Numbered from the stretch's first letter, positions 49,761-58,835 are shown. The stretch is DNA of 64,000 nucleotides from Euryarchaeota archaeon UBA91 (GCA_002499705.1 DAMU01000077.1:4951-68950), one strand, 5' to 3'. Translations and numbers: made by a program. Notes: generated from the sequence alone by a model not told the origin.

Positions 49761-51017
49761 ATGGGCGATGATTCTGCCATCCACATCATGGGCGCTGGGC
49801 TGTCTGGCCTCGCCGCTGCTACGGTGTTGGCTAAGGCAGGAAAAGAAGTCCATGTTCACGACATTCGTGATGATTCAGGTGCCCGATTCGACGGAGATTT
49901 TCAAGCACTTGAAAACTGGAGCATGGGTGTTGATTTCTTTGACCAGTTGAAAGAATGGGGTTTTGATTTATCTGAATTTAAGGCAACAGAGTTTGATGTT
50001 GTTGATTTGATACACCCTGACGATGTCGTTACGCAAGCGACTACTCCCAGCGTTGCTTACCGAATTGTTGAACGGGGTACTTCTGACCATACCATCGATC
50101 AAGGATTTAAGCGTCAAGCACTTGCAGCAGGAGCACAAATTCATTACAAATCTCGCGTCAAAGAAGAGGATTGTACAATCATTGCTTGTGGCCCGAAAGG
50201 TACCTCAGCCGTTGCCTATGGCGAGATTTTCAAAACAGACCATCCAAACCACATTGGATTCCAATTGAACGACAAGTTGGCGCCTGGTTCCTATTCATAT
50301 CTCATCATCATTGATGGAGTCGGATTGATCTGTACCTGTTTATGGCGGAAACAAAAGAAAAGCGATCGTTTCCTCAATGAGACCATTGCTTGGTATGAGG
50401 CTCACTATCCAAATCTCAATCGAACTCCGATAAAACGAGTTGGAGGCAAAGGCGATTTTACCATCAACCGTAACTACAAACAAGATGGAAGATATTACGT
50501 TGGAGAATCTGGCGGACTTCAAGACTTTATGTGGGGCTTTGGGATGCGTATGGCGGTATGGTCTGGTGTTCTTGCTGCGAATGATATTCTCGGGAAAAGT
50601 GACTATGAAGCAGATGTTCGAAAGCATTTGATGCCTTATGTTCGAACGAGTGTTGCGAATCGATGGCTCATGAACCGAGTCGGTGATCGAACCTTCAAGC
50701 GGATGTGCAAAGCTTGGATGAAAGATCAGAAAAAGCGTGGCGATGGACTAATTTGGATTGGGAAATTGTTCCGTCCATCTTTGTTCAAGTCGATTTTATA
50801 TCGAATTGTCAACCCTTTCATGCTGACGAAAGACCCTAAATCCATGGGCCGAGGTGTCCGAAGGATGCCATTCCGTAAAGCACTCAAGCGAGACGTTTGG
50901 AATCCATCAGATCAGGCAGTTGCCATCGGTGAGCAATGGAATGAAATTAGACGAAAAGGGGCGAAGGTTTCGTTTGCTAAAGACACTGAAACCGAAAAGA
51001 AATCGCAGGAACCATAG
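49761..51017 (+). CDS. FAD-dependent oxidoreductase (geranylgeranyl reductase-like)
   Basis: GAGLSGL..A..LA Rossmann motif, APGSYSY, VGESGGLQDFMWGFGMRMA. Confidence 0.75.
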   Translation: MGDDSAIHIMGAGLSGLAAATVLAKAGKEVHVHDIRDDSGARFDGDFQALENWSMGVDFFDQLKEWGFDLSEFKATEFDVVDLIHPDDVVTQATTPSVAYRIVERGTSDHTIDQGFKRQALAAGAQIHYKSRVKEEDCTIIACGPKGTSAVAYGEIFKTDHPNHIGFQLNDKLAPGSYSYLIIIDGVGLICTCLWRKQKKSDRFLNETIAWYEAHYPNLNRTPIKRVGGKGDFTINRNYKQDGRYYVGESGGLQDFMWGFGMRMAVWSGVLAANDILGKSDYEADVRKHLMPYVRTSVANRWLMNRVGDRTFKRMCKAWMKDQKKRGDGLIWIGKLFRPSLFKSILYRIVNPFMLTKDPKSMGRGVRRMPFRKALKRDVWNPSDQAVAIGEQWNEIRRKGAKVSFAKDTETEKKSQEP

Positions 51018-51054
51018 GCGATTTGTTCTTAATGCGAATCCCTGTGGTAGGGGC

Positions 51055-51921
51055 ATGAGCGACCTCTACGGACTCAAACTTGAACCCATGCCAAACCGCC
51101 TAGTCAACTACGGTGTTACCACGAATGGTATCGCAGTTATCGAACTGACCTCCGACTCAGCCGGCGCTCCACTTGAAGGGGCAAACGACCGCTCTCCGAA
51201 CACCTACACTCACGAAATGATGCGAGATATTGACACTGCAATCGTAAAAGCACGATTCGATGATGACGTTACTTGCATCGTATTGACCGGAAATGGAGCC
51301 TCTTTCTTTTCTGCAGGTGCTTCAATTCAAATGTTGAACAGCGTCACTCCAGGTTTCAAATACAATTTCTGTCTTCACGCCAATGAAACTCTCTCTCGAC
51401 TTGAACAGACTTCGAAATTGGTCGTTTGCGCAATCAACGGACACGCAGTCGGTGGCGGACTTGAAATTGCAATGGCTGCAGATATTCGAATTGCTCGAAA
51501 GAATGCGGGTAAAGTCGGACTTCCTGAAATCAACCTCGGTGTGCTTGCTGGAACCGGTGGAACCGCTCGCTTGACCCGTCTTATCGGCAAAGCAATGGCC
51601 CTTGAAATGATGGTCACTGGTGAACTCATGTCCTTTGAGGATGCACATGGTTGCAATCTCATTAACCATATCTGGGAAGGCTCTGCTGAAGATTTCCGCC
51701 GAGATATTCTTGACTGGTGCAGTCAATTCACACTTCCTAACAAGGCGGTCAAGGCTGTTGGAAACATCAAGCGTTCCTGCCAAACTGGACCTGAGATTCC
51801 ATTTGAATACCATTTGGCTCTTGAGCGAGAATTGCAAGCATCCCTGTTCAACAGCACGGACGCAAAAGAAGGTATTGCAGCATACGTCGAAAAGCGTGTT
51901 GCAAACTTTACTGGCCAGTGA
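51055..51921 (+). CDS. Crotonase-family enzyme resembling the N-terminal half of BoxC (benzoyl-CoA epoxide hydrolase/lyase)
   Basis: NTY..RF, FSAGASIQML, KYNFCLHANET, GGGLE, LPEINLGVLAGTGG parallel BoxC NSY/FCSGANIFML/KVNFCKFTNET/LPEV..LGVLPGTGG as recalled. Confidence 0.7.
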   Translation: MSDLYGLKLEPMPNRLVNYGVTTNGIAVIELTSDSAGAPLEGANDRSPNTYTHEMMRDIDTAIVKARFDDDVTCIVLTGNGASFFSAGASIQMLNSVTPGFKYNFCLHANETLSRLEQTSKLVVCAINGHAVGGGLEIAMAADIRIARKNAGKVGLPEINLGVLAGTGGTARLTRLIGKAMALEMMVTGELMSFEDAHGCNLINHIWEGSAEDFRRDILDWCSQFTLPNKAVKAVGNIKRSCQTGPEIPFEYHLALERELQASLFNSTDAKEGIAAYVEKRVANFTGQ

Positions 51922-51925
51922 TTGA

Positions 51926-52561
51926 ATGTCTATCTGGCATCAGCGATGGAGCCAGAACCGTATCGGTTTTCATCGCTCCATAGCAAACCCTGCATTAACC
52001 GAGCATTGGTCTAAACTGCAACTGGATTCTTCTTCCAATGTATTGGTTCCATTGTGTGGTAAATCTCTTGACATGCACTGGCTTGCTCAACAAGGACATT
52101 TCGTGAATGGAATAGAGTTTGTAGAAAAAGCCGTGAAAGAGTTCTTTGAAGACTGGTCAAAGGAACCCCTCAAGACCTCTCGAGATGTTGGCGAAAAGTA
52201 TAGCGCTGAGAACATCAATCTGTATCTGGCTGATTTCTTCAAAGTTGAACCGGATGAGGCCCCGTTCTCCGCTTGGTATGATCGAGCGGCTTTAGTTGCT
52301 TTACCTCCATCATTACGAGCCCAGTATGTCGAGCAATTACGAAAACTCACTACTGCAGACGCAAAGGGTCTAATGGTGACTTTTGATTATCCGAAAGAAG
52401 AGATGCAGGGACCACCTTTCGCACTTTCTGATGAAGATGTTGAACACTACTTCGGCCCCTTTTTTGAAATTGAACGCTTACAATTCACGGATCTTACCGA
52501 AGAGGAAGACAGAGAATTGAGCCGTTGCAGTCTCTCTGTTTTTATGTTAAAATGCGTATAA
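51926..52561 (+). CDS. tpm: Thiopurine S-methyltransferase family
   Basis: WHQRW..NRIGFH, LVPLCGKSLDM.WLA.QG, YDRAALVALP, GPPF. Confidence 0.9.
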   Translation: MSIWHQRWSQNRIGFHRSIANPALTEHWSKLQLDSSSNVLVPLCGKSLDMHWLAQQGHFVNGIEFVEKAVKEFFEDWSKEPLKTSRDVGEKYSAENINLYLADFFKVEPDEAPFSAWYDRAALVALPPSLRAQYVEQLRKLTTADAKGLMVTFDYPKEEMQGPPFALSDEDVEHYFGPFFEIERLQFTDLTEEEDRELSRCSLSVFMLKCV

Positions 52562-52624
52562 AATTACAGAGTTCAAAGCCGTAGTCTTGAAGTCCTCATC
52601 GCGTTTCGCCCAATTACAGGTGAG

Positions 52625-53548
52625 ATGATGTCGAAGTACAATGTCCCAGCAGATGTCCCCGATGATTTGATTGAAACCTACATCCAAAACATGGATGCAG
52701 CCACTGCTGGAACGGGTAAAATGAATCTTTTTGCCTGCGACCAAAAAATCGAACACCTCAATGACGATTTTTACGGTGAAGGAATCCCAGCGACTTCAAA
52801 CGACCCAGGCCACCTTTTTGAAATTGGACAACGCTGCCATGATGCAGGAACTATAGGTGTTCTCGCCGGCCAACTCGGGCTTATTTCTCACTATGCACGG
52901 GATTATCCTAACTTGCCTTATCTCGTCAAATTGAACTCGAAATCACACATGGTGAAAACAAACCAAAGAGATCCTATATCTCAAGCAATGTGGGATATGG
53001 ATGATGTCATGGCATTGACTCATAACGGAATCAACGTTGTCGGAATCGGTTACACCATTTACATTGGAAGCGAATTTGAACATGAGATGCTTTCAGAAGC
53101 GGCTCAATTCATCCGCCAAGCACACGAACTTGGAATGCTTGCTGTTGTGTGGATGTATCCGCGTGGCAAAGCAGTTGCTGATGAAAAGGACCCACAACTT
53201 ATCTCAGGTGCGGCAGGTGTTGCTGCATGTATTGGTGCGGACTTTGCAAAAGTCAACTACCCTCGTGCATTTGAAGGAATGACTCAACCACAATCGCTTG
53301 CAATCGCTGCCGAAGCTGCGGGAAGAACTGGAATCATTTGCTCCGGCGGTGGCTCACTTCCTGCAGATGAATTCCTACAGCGACTCCATGACCAAATGGC
53401 AGTTGGCAACTGTATGGGTGCTGCTACAGGGCGGAACATCCACCAACGCGAAATCGAATCTGCGGTTCGCATGACTGCAGCGTGCCACGCAATTATATGC
53501 GAAGGTGCTTCTGTCGAAAAGGCAATGTCCATTTTCAACGGAAATTGA
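52625..53548 (+). CDS. Class I (DhnA-type) fructose-bisphosphate aldolase
   Basis: ACDQKIEH, VKLN, GYTIYIGSE.E, WMYPRG, GADFAKVNYP Schiff-base Lys, GRNIHQ. Confidence 0.85.
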   Translation: MMSKYNVPADVPDDLIETYIQNMDAATAGTGKMNLFACDQKIEHLNDDFYGEGIPATSNDPGHLFEIGQRCHDAGTIGVLAGQLGLISHYARDYPNLPYLVKLNSKSHMVKTNQRDPISQAMWDMDDVMALTHNGINVVGIGYTIYIGSEFEHEMLSEAAQFIRQAHELGMLAVVWMYPRGKAVADEKDPQLISGAAGVAACIGADFAKVNYPRAFEGMTQPQSLAIAAEAAGRTGIICSGGGSLPADEFLQRLHDQMAVGNCMGAATGRNIHQREIESAVRMTAACHAIICEGASVEKAMSIFNGN

Positions 53549-53607
53549 AAAATGAGCCCACTTTTTAGGGCGTCCTAATTTTTATGCTGCTTTCACTTGC
53601 GTGAATC

Positions 53608-53988
53608 ATGCACTACTATTTTCCAGGCATGATTGTCGGCTTCATCCTTTTGCAAACCGCTATTGTTGCCCCAACCTTGTTCAAAAAACTCGACATCAAG
53701 GACTTTGGAGTTGTCATTCGAGCCCTTTGGCCCAAATTTTTCATGTGGCTCACAGTGTTTGGGGCCGCTTCAGTTGTCGACCTTTATTTCCACGATGACC
53801 CAAGCCTAATCCATTACGGAATTGCAGGGTCAACTGCAGTGTTTGCACTCATCTGTTACCTTATCATTCCAGCAACGAACCGTGCTACTGATGAGGGCAA
53901 TGAAAAACTCTTCAAAATACTCCACAAAGTCAGCGTGTATCTAACCGTCATCATTTTACTGGCAAACATCGGTTATGTGTTTGTTTGA
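53608..53988 (+). CDS. DUF4149/TMEM205-like membrane protein
   Basis: VAPTLFKKL, WPKFF, FKILHKVS; 4 TM. Confidence 0.7.
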   Translation: MHYYFPGMIVGFILLQTAIVAPTLFKKLDIKDFGVVIRALWPKFFMWLTVFGAASVVDLYFHDDPSLIHYGIAGSTAVFALICYLIIPATNRATDEGNEKLFKILHKVSVYLTVIILLANIGYVFV

Positions 53989-54054
53989 CGTGAACATTGA
54001 AGAGTCATTCGTCATTCAAACGGTGTAAAAGTAATTTTTACAACGCAAAACAGC

Positions 54055-55329
54055 TCATGTTCCGACTGTGTAATCGTCTAGGTATGCAAGTTGTGCATCA
54101 GTAAGGACATCAATACTGAAACCAAGCGTATCGAGTTTCGTCGATGCCAGGTCTTGGTCTTGTTCCTTGGTGATATCATAGACTTCCTTGCCCATTGAGG
54201 TGCCTTCTTTTGCCAAGCGACAAAGAGAGAGGAATTGATTTGCGAAGGACATGTCCATCACTTCAGATGGGTGGCCTTCAGCAGCTGCAAGGTTGACCAA
54301 ACGTCCACGAGCAAGCAAGAAAATGCGCCGACCGTCAGGCATGAGGAATTCCTCGTTATTTGCACGGATGGTTCGAACAGAAGTTGCTCGCTCTTCAAGA
54401 TCTGAAATCTTGATTTCGCAATCATAGTGTCCAGTGTTGGAAATAATGGCACCATCCTTCATTGAATCAAAGTGAGGACCAAAGATGACGTCTTCCATAC
54501 CAGTAGCTGTGCAGAAGATGTCTCCTACTTTCGCCGCTTCATCCATGGTCATGACGCTGAAACCTTCCATGACAGCACGTAGAGCCGGAAGTGGGTCGAC
54601 TTCAGTAACGACGACGTTTGCTCCCATTCCTCGAGCCCTCATAGCCAGTCCGCTTCCACAGTGACCATATCCAGCGACGACGAATGTCTTACCTGCAACC
54701 AAAACCGATGTTGCTCGTAGGATACCGTCAATTGTTGATTGTCCAGTACCGTAGACATTGTCAAAGTCCCACTTTGTGACTGCATCATTCACGGCAAGAA
54801 CTGGATAACGGAGGTCCCCAGCAGCAGCCATTGCACGAAGTCGGTGAACACCAGTCGTGGTCTCTTCAGTTCCACCGATGACGCCAGCGGCGTATTCTGA
54901 TTTTTCACCATGAACACGAACAATGAGATCCGCACCATCGTCAAGTGTGAGCGTTGGTTTGAATTCAAGTGTGCGGTCAATACACCAATAGAAATCCTCG
55001 TTCGATTGACCGTGCCAAGCGTGAACAGAGTATCCTTCTGAGGCAAGCCAAGCTGCTACATCGTCTTGAGTTGAGAGAGGATTGCATCCAGACCATGAGA
55101 TTTCTGCACCCGCTGCGCGAATCGTCTCGATGAGAACTGCAGTTTCTTTGGTGACGTGAAGGCATCCAGCGACGCGCATTCCAGCAAGAGGTTTGGTGCG
55201 CTCTGCTTCTTCCCGGATTTTGGCCATAACAGGCATGCGCGCTCGTGCCCAATCGACAAGAAGAGAGCCTTGTTCAGCCAAACTTATATCGCGTACGGTG
55301 TAGTTCTCAGTCTTATCCAAGTTATCCAT
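54055..55329 (-). CDS. ahcY: Adenosylhomocysteinase
   Basis: GCLHVT, CNPLSTQD, LDDGAD, EETTTGV, FDNVYGTGQS, GRLVNL..AEGHP. Confidence 0.96.
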   Translation of the reverse strand: MDNLDKTENYTVRDISLAEQGSLLVDWARARMPVMAKIREEAERTKPLAGMRVAGCLHVTKETAVLIETIRAAGAEISWSGCNPLSTQDDVAAWLASEGYSVHAWHGQSNEDFYWCIDRTLEFKPTLTLDDGADLIVRVHGEKSEYAAGVIGGTEETTTGVHRLRAMAAAGDLRYPVLAVNDAVTKWDFDNVYGTGQSTIDGILRATSVLVAGKTFVVAGYGHCGSGLAMRARGMGANVVVTEVDPLPALRAVMEGFSVMTMDEAAKVGDIFCTATGMEDVIFGPHFDSMKDGAIISNTGHYDCEIKISDLEERATSVRTIRANNEEFLMPDGRRIFLLARGRLVNLAAAEGHPSEVMDMSFANQFLSLCRLAKEGTSMGKEVYDITKEQDQDLASTKLDTLGFSIDVLTDAQLAYLDDYTVGT

Positions 55330-55410
55330 GGCGGTGCCAATTGCTCCCCCTTATTGAATCTCCCGTTAAAACGAGATGACTACCGAGAAAGATTGGAATC
55401 ACTCAAGGCT

Positions 55411-55740
55411 TCAGAGACTTCGACCAGTGCTTGCACCGGTGGTCACGTTACCATCGTTGTCGATGATGATTGGTGTACCCTCTTGCCATCCAGGACAATT
55501 CGAAGAAACCCAGTTACGGGTTGCCCATTCACAAATATCATATCCTCCAGAAAGGATGCCAGAACGCTTAATGTATCCGACTTTGACGATGTCTTTGTCC
55601 TTTGAAAGGACATTTCCGAGTTGTTGACTTGTGGTTCCATGACGCATAGTACTGTTGATGTGCTCCAAAATCTCGGCAGTGTTACGTGGACGATCTCCTA
55701 AGAATTTTTTTATTTTTTCTCTGATTCTGGTTGTTTTCAT
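55411..55740 (-). CDS. Small winged-helix protein (DUF3860-like)
   Basis: RNTAEILEHIN..RHGTTSQQLGNVLSKD..ICEW; SD AGGAGG upstream on the minus strand; family label from memory. Confidence 0.7.
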   Translation of the reverse strand: MKTTRIREKIKKFLGDRPRNTAEILEHINSTMRHGTTSQQLGNVLSKDKDIVKVGYIKRSGILSGGYDICEWATRNWVSSNCPGWQEGTPIIIDNDGNVTTGASTGRSL

Positions 55741-56013
55741 GTGTTATTCCTCCTGTCATGAGGCCGATTCCCGTTTGGGAGATGGGCCACTAAAACAGAT
55801 GACCGAGGGTGCTCATATAACCCTTGCCGTAGGAATTGGATGATAGTTACATTTGATACTCAAATCGAGTGTTTTTTTCACACCTGAAAATTGGAATGTA
55901 AGTAAAAAGAAACTTTCTCCAGTGGAAATAAATAACTAATTGTAACTAAGTAGAGAGTTAAAGTGAAAGATTTATGAACAGTGGCCTCTGAACAAAGAAC
56001 AAGGTGTCTTTTG

Positions 56014-58536
56014 ATGTCAGGAGAAAGAATTCGAAGTGGCCATCAGCGTCGCGTTCTTAACTGGCTATTGGACGGTGGTGGCACTGTTTCCGAGATTGCA
56101 GAGTCATTGGAATTGAGGATGCCACATGCATCCCTGGCCTTACGACAGCTACGTGAACGTAATGAAGTCAGTAGAGATGAACAGGGGAGCATTCGTGGAG
56201 CAATTCACCGACTCAATGAGGCCGGAAGAAGGCGTTTATCAGAAGATGCACTCGCCAGAGCACGTACCCTCATCACTCAAATCCCGCAACAAGCGGATGC
56301 GATTGTACTCAGCCAAGATGGCCCTCATTTGCTGCTTGGTTATGTAAAAAGCCCCAGTTCGCGACTCTTACCGCTACCGAATCACGGCGTATCTGCCCAA
56401 ACCGAGGTGCAGTCATTCTCCAATGGAAGGCAAGGGGGGCGTTGGGCAGTTCAACGAGAAGAGGTGGTTCGGTGGTATACGCTCTCAGATTTTGAACCTA
56501 CGAATCCACCCGCTCAGCAAAGTGCACGCGGGACGCTTGGAGATTGGACGGGCGAAATCGACCGGATCGGAATCGTCCAAGCCACATTACTCGATTCCAG
56601 CAGCGAGTGGCTATTGAGCCCCGGGACATGGTATGTCGAGACGAATTCGCCGCCACCACTACCAGATTCACTTCTGCAGGGGGAATATATGCTTGGCACA
56701 GCTACTGGAACGGATATTTCTCTTTCCCCCCAAATGGGGATGCATGCACACCTTACGCTCCAAGTTAATCGGACCATGGCAATGAATGCTCTGCGCAAAA
56801 AAGCTCTCGTATTCGAGGAAAACTCCCAACAAAGTACGACTCGCTATTTACCGTATGAAGTGCTTGATTATTGGATACGCACACGCCATCCAAGGCTAAG
56901 CGAAGAGAAAATTTTGCAACGAAAGGAGGATTTGCGAGAGTATTTATCGAAAGGAACCGGCAGTATTCCTTCCATCTCTGTTCAACGGCAATTACTTGCT
57001 GACTTTGGAGTTGTTGAATGGAAGACTGGAGATTCGATGAATTATGTCAATCTCTCTGGAGTATCGAATACTGGTGCTGTGGCCTTATTCGAGTGGTATT
57101 TTCAAAACACGACCGCAGAATGTATTGTTGAATGGCCATATAGCATTGAAGAGAATCAACGTATTCTGGAACGCATTCTCTCGTCCGGCCGTTGTCGAAT
57201 CCTCATCACATCATCTGGAGATTATACGCCGCTTGCTTCAGCTACGTCGATACTTCGAACACGAAAAGAATTACTCGAAGCAGATATACTACTTGGCCGA
57301 GGCAAAAGTATCCCTCTCACTTTACTCCAATCGACAAATACCTTTTCACAACAGAATGTGTATGAAGAAATTCCAATGACGGCGGAGGAATTGCTGATAT
57401 CATGGAAAGGAGACGAGGGTTTTCAAAGGGAATCTTTCACTGATATTGAACGGGATATTGATCGACAAAAAACAATGTGGTATGCCCTTTCAAATTACCC
57501 GCAAGGTGATGAGAGTTGGGCGAACCTGAATGAAAGTACGCATCCATTAGCCGCTTGGATTGCAACGCCTCTAGAACATCGAACATCACGTTGGGTTCGA
57601 TTACGAACGATTCTACCAAACGGTTGGGCGGATTTATTGCCCATTGAACAGTGTGAAACCTCGACTTTGATCAGTGCAATGCCGAAGAGTTCACTGGGTT
57701 GGAGTGTACTAGCATTAGAGAAAGTTCGCCAACGTTTCACTAAAAATGTTGAATCTATACTTCGATATGATTCCTTTTTTGAGGATGAAAATCTAGGCAC
57801 CTGGATGGCTACTGCTGTATTGCTTTCAACAAGTCAATTGCCTGAAGAATTTCATCAAATGCTGCTACGGGCATGTACTCTTTGGGTTGATGCTCCCCGC
57901 CAACCCGAACACGTATTGGAATCGCTGTTCCCTCTTGGAATGCCGCTCTCCAATCATGTAGAAGAGTGCTTGATTAAATGCAAAGCAGCAGCCAAAGCAC
58001 ACCCGAATGATTCCGTGCTCTATCTTTGGGGAACTTTGCTCAGTGCTATGGAATCCAATGAGCCGCTGTCTCCCGAATTTCTTCGTCAAGTGATGTCAAA
58101 ACTGCCATATTCTTGGTGGCAAACCTGGTCTGGTGAATGGTTACAAATTCAACTCTCCTCAACATCCGGGCGGCGATGGCTTGCAAAAAATCCGCTTCCT
58201 TGGCCAGCCATGTTAACTCGCCCAACTGGCGAGAGAGGTGGATTACCTGCTTGGCCAATTCCTTACCCCTCCGGAAGATTAGGATTAGACGATGTGCTCC
58301 ACATCTTGTTGCTTGAAGAAGGAGACGGAAAACCTGCTCTGCTCGACGTATACGATATGTTAGCCACTGTTGAACGGAAAGAACCTGTGCATTATGGTAG
58401 GACTCATCCACTTGTCGGATGGCTTGCTCGCTCAGTAGAAACATGGCCCTCAATGAATTTGCAAGTTCTCAAACAGGGTGAACCTGAGGTAGGTGCGTTA
58501 CTCTATGCACGCTCATTTGCATCAAAATTAGAATAA
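56014..58536 (+). CDS. Large hypothetical protein with N-terminal winged HTH
   Basis: GGGTVSEIAESLELRMPHASLALRQLRE..V.R; Trp/Pro-rich remainder unrecognised. Confidence 0.7.
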   Translation: MSGERIRSGHQRRVLNWLLDGGGTVSEIAESLELRMPHASLALRQLRERNEVSRDEQGSIRGAIHRLNEAGRRRLSEDALARARTLITQIPQQADAIVLSQDGPHLLLGYVKSPSSRLLPLPNHGVSAQTEVQSFSNGRQGGRWAVQREEVVRWYTLSDFEPTNPPAQQSARGTLGDWTGEIDRIGIVQATLLDSSSEWLLSPGTWYVETNSPPPLPDSLLQGEYMLGTATGTDISLSPQMGMHAHLTLQVNRTMAMNALRKKALVFEENSQQSTTRYLPYEVLDYWIRTRHPRLSEEKILQRKEDLREYLSKGTGSIPSISVQRQLLADFGVVEWKTGDSMNYVNLSGVSNTGAVALFEWYFQNTTAECIVEWPYSIEENQRILERILSSGRCRILITSSGDYTPLASATSILRTRKELLEADILLGRGKSIPLTLLQSTNTFSQQNVYEEIPMTAEELLISWKGDEGFQRESFTDIERDIDRQKTMWYALSNYPQGDESWANLNESTHPLAAWIATPLEHRTSRWVRLRTILPNGWADLLPIEQCETSTLISAMPKSSLGWSVLALEKVRQRFTKNVESILRYDSFFEDENLGTWMATAVLLSTSQLPEEFHQMLLRACTLWVDAPRQPEHVLESLFPLGMPLSNHVEECLIKCKAAAKAHPNDSVLYLWGTLLSAMESNEPLSPEFLRQVMSKLPYSWWQTWSGEWLQIQLSSTSGRRWLAKNPLPWPAMLTRPTGERGGLPAWPIPYPSGRLGLDDVLHILLLEEGDGKPALLDVYDMLATVERKEPVHYGRTHPLVGWLARSVETWPSMNLQVLKQGEPEVGALLYARSFASKLE

Positions 58537-58575
58537 TTCGATGATTTGAAAAGGGGTTGGCAGGTGGACTGCCTG

Positions 58576-58835
58576 CCGTACCCGCAACATCTGGCAGAGC
58601 TACTGTGAAAATTGCTGTGAAGTCTGATACCAATGGTACGGTCCGCTATCGAAGACTGAAGTGACCTTTCGAGGAATGACCTTCGGTGCAAAGCGGTAAA
58701 CCAACCGGTAGGTAATGGGTCCTCGTGCGACGACAGAATGAACACGAGACAACCAACCTTCTGGACAGCAAACCCTGACGCTGGGTCAGGCCCTCGAGCT
58801 TTGCGATGAAAAGGGCCGTTACGCGTCGGGGTACA
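58576..58835 (+). ncRNA. Multi-hairpin archaeal box H/ACA guide RNA with kink-turn/K-loop motifs
   Basis: Four consecutive stem-pocket-stem hairpins, each with a tandem GA/GA and 3-nt bulge; ACA directly after hairpin 3 (58765-58767) and hairpin 4 (58833-58835); hairpin 4 pocket complementary to 23S helix 69. Confidence 0.85.

Noticed and set aside
49761..51017. FAD oxidoreductase as the missing BoxA-type reductase
   Set aside because: Geranylgeranyl-reductase-like motifs with no ferredoxin Cys motifs or FNR signature; adjacency to the BoxC-like gene alone is insufficient
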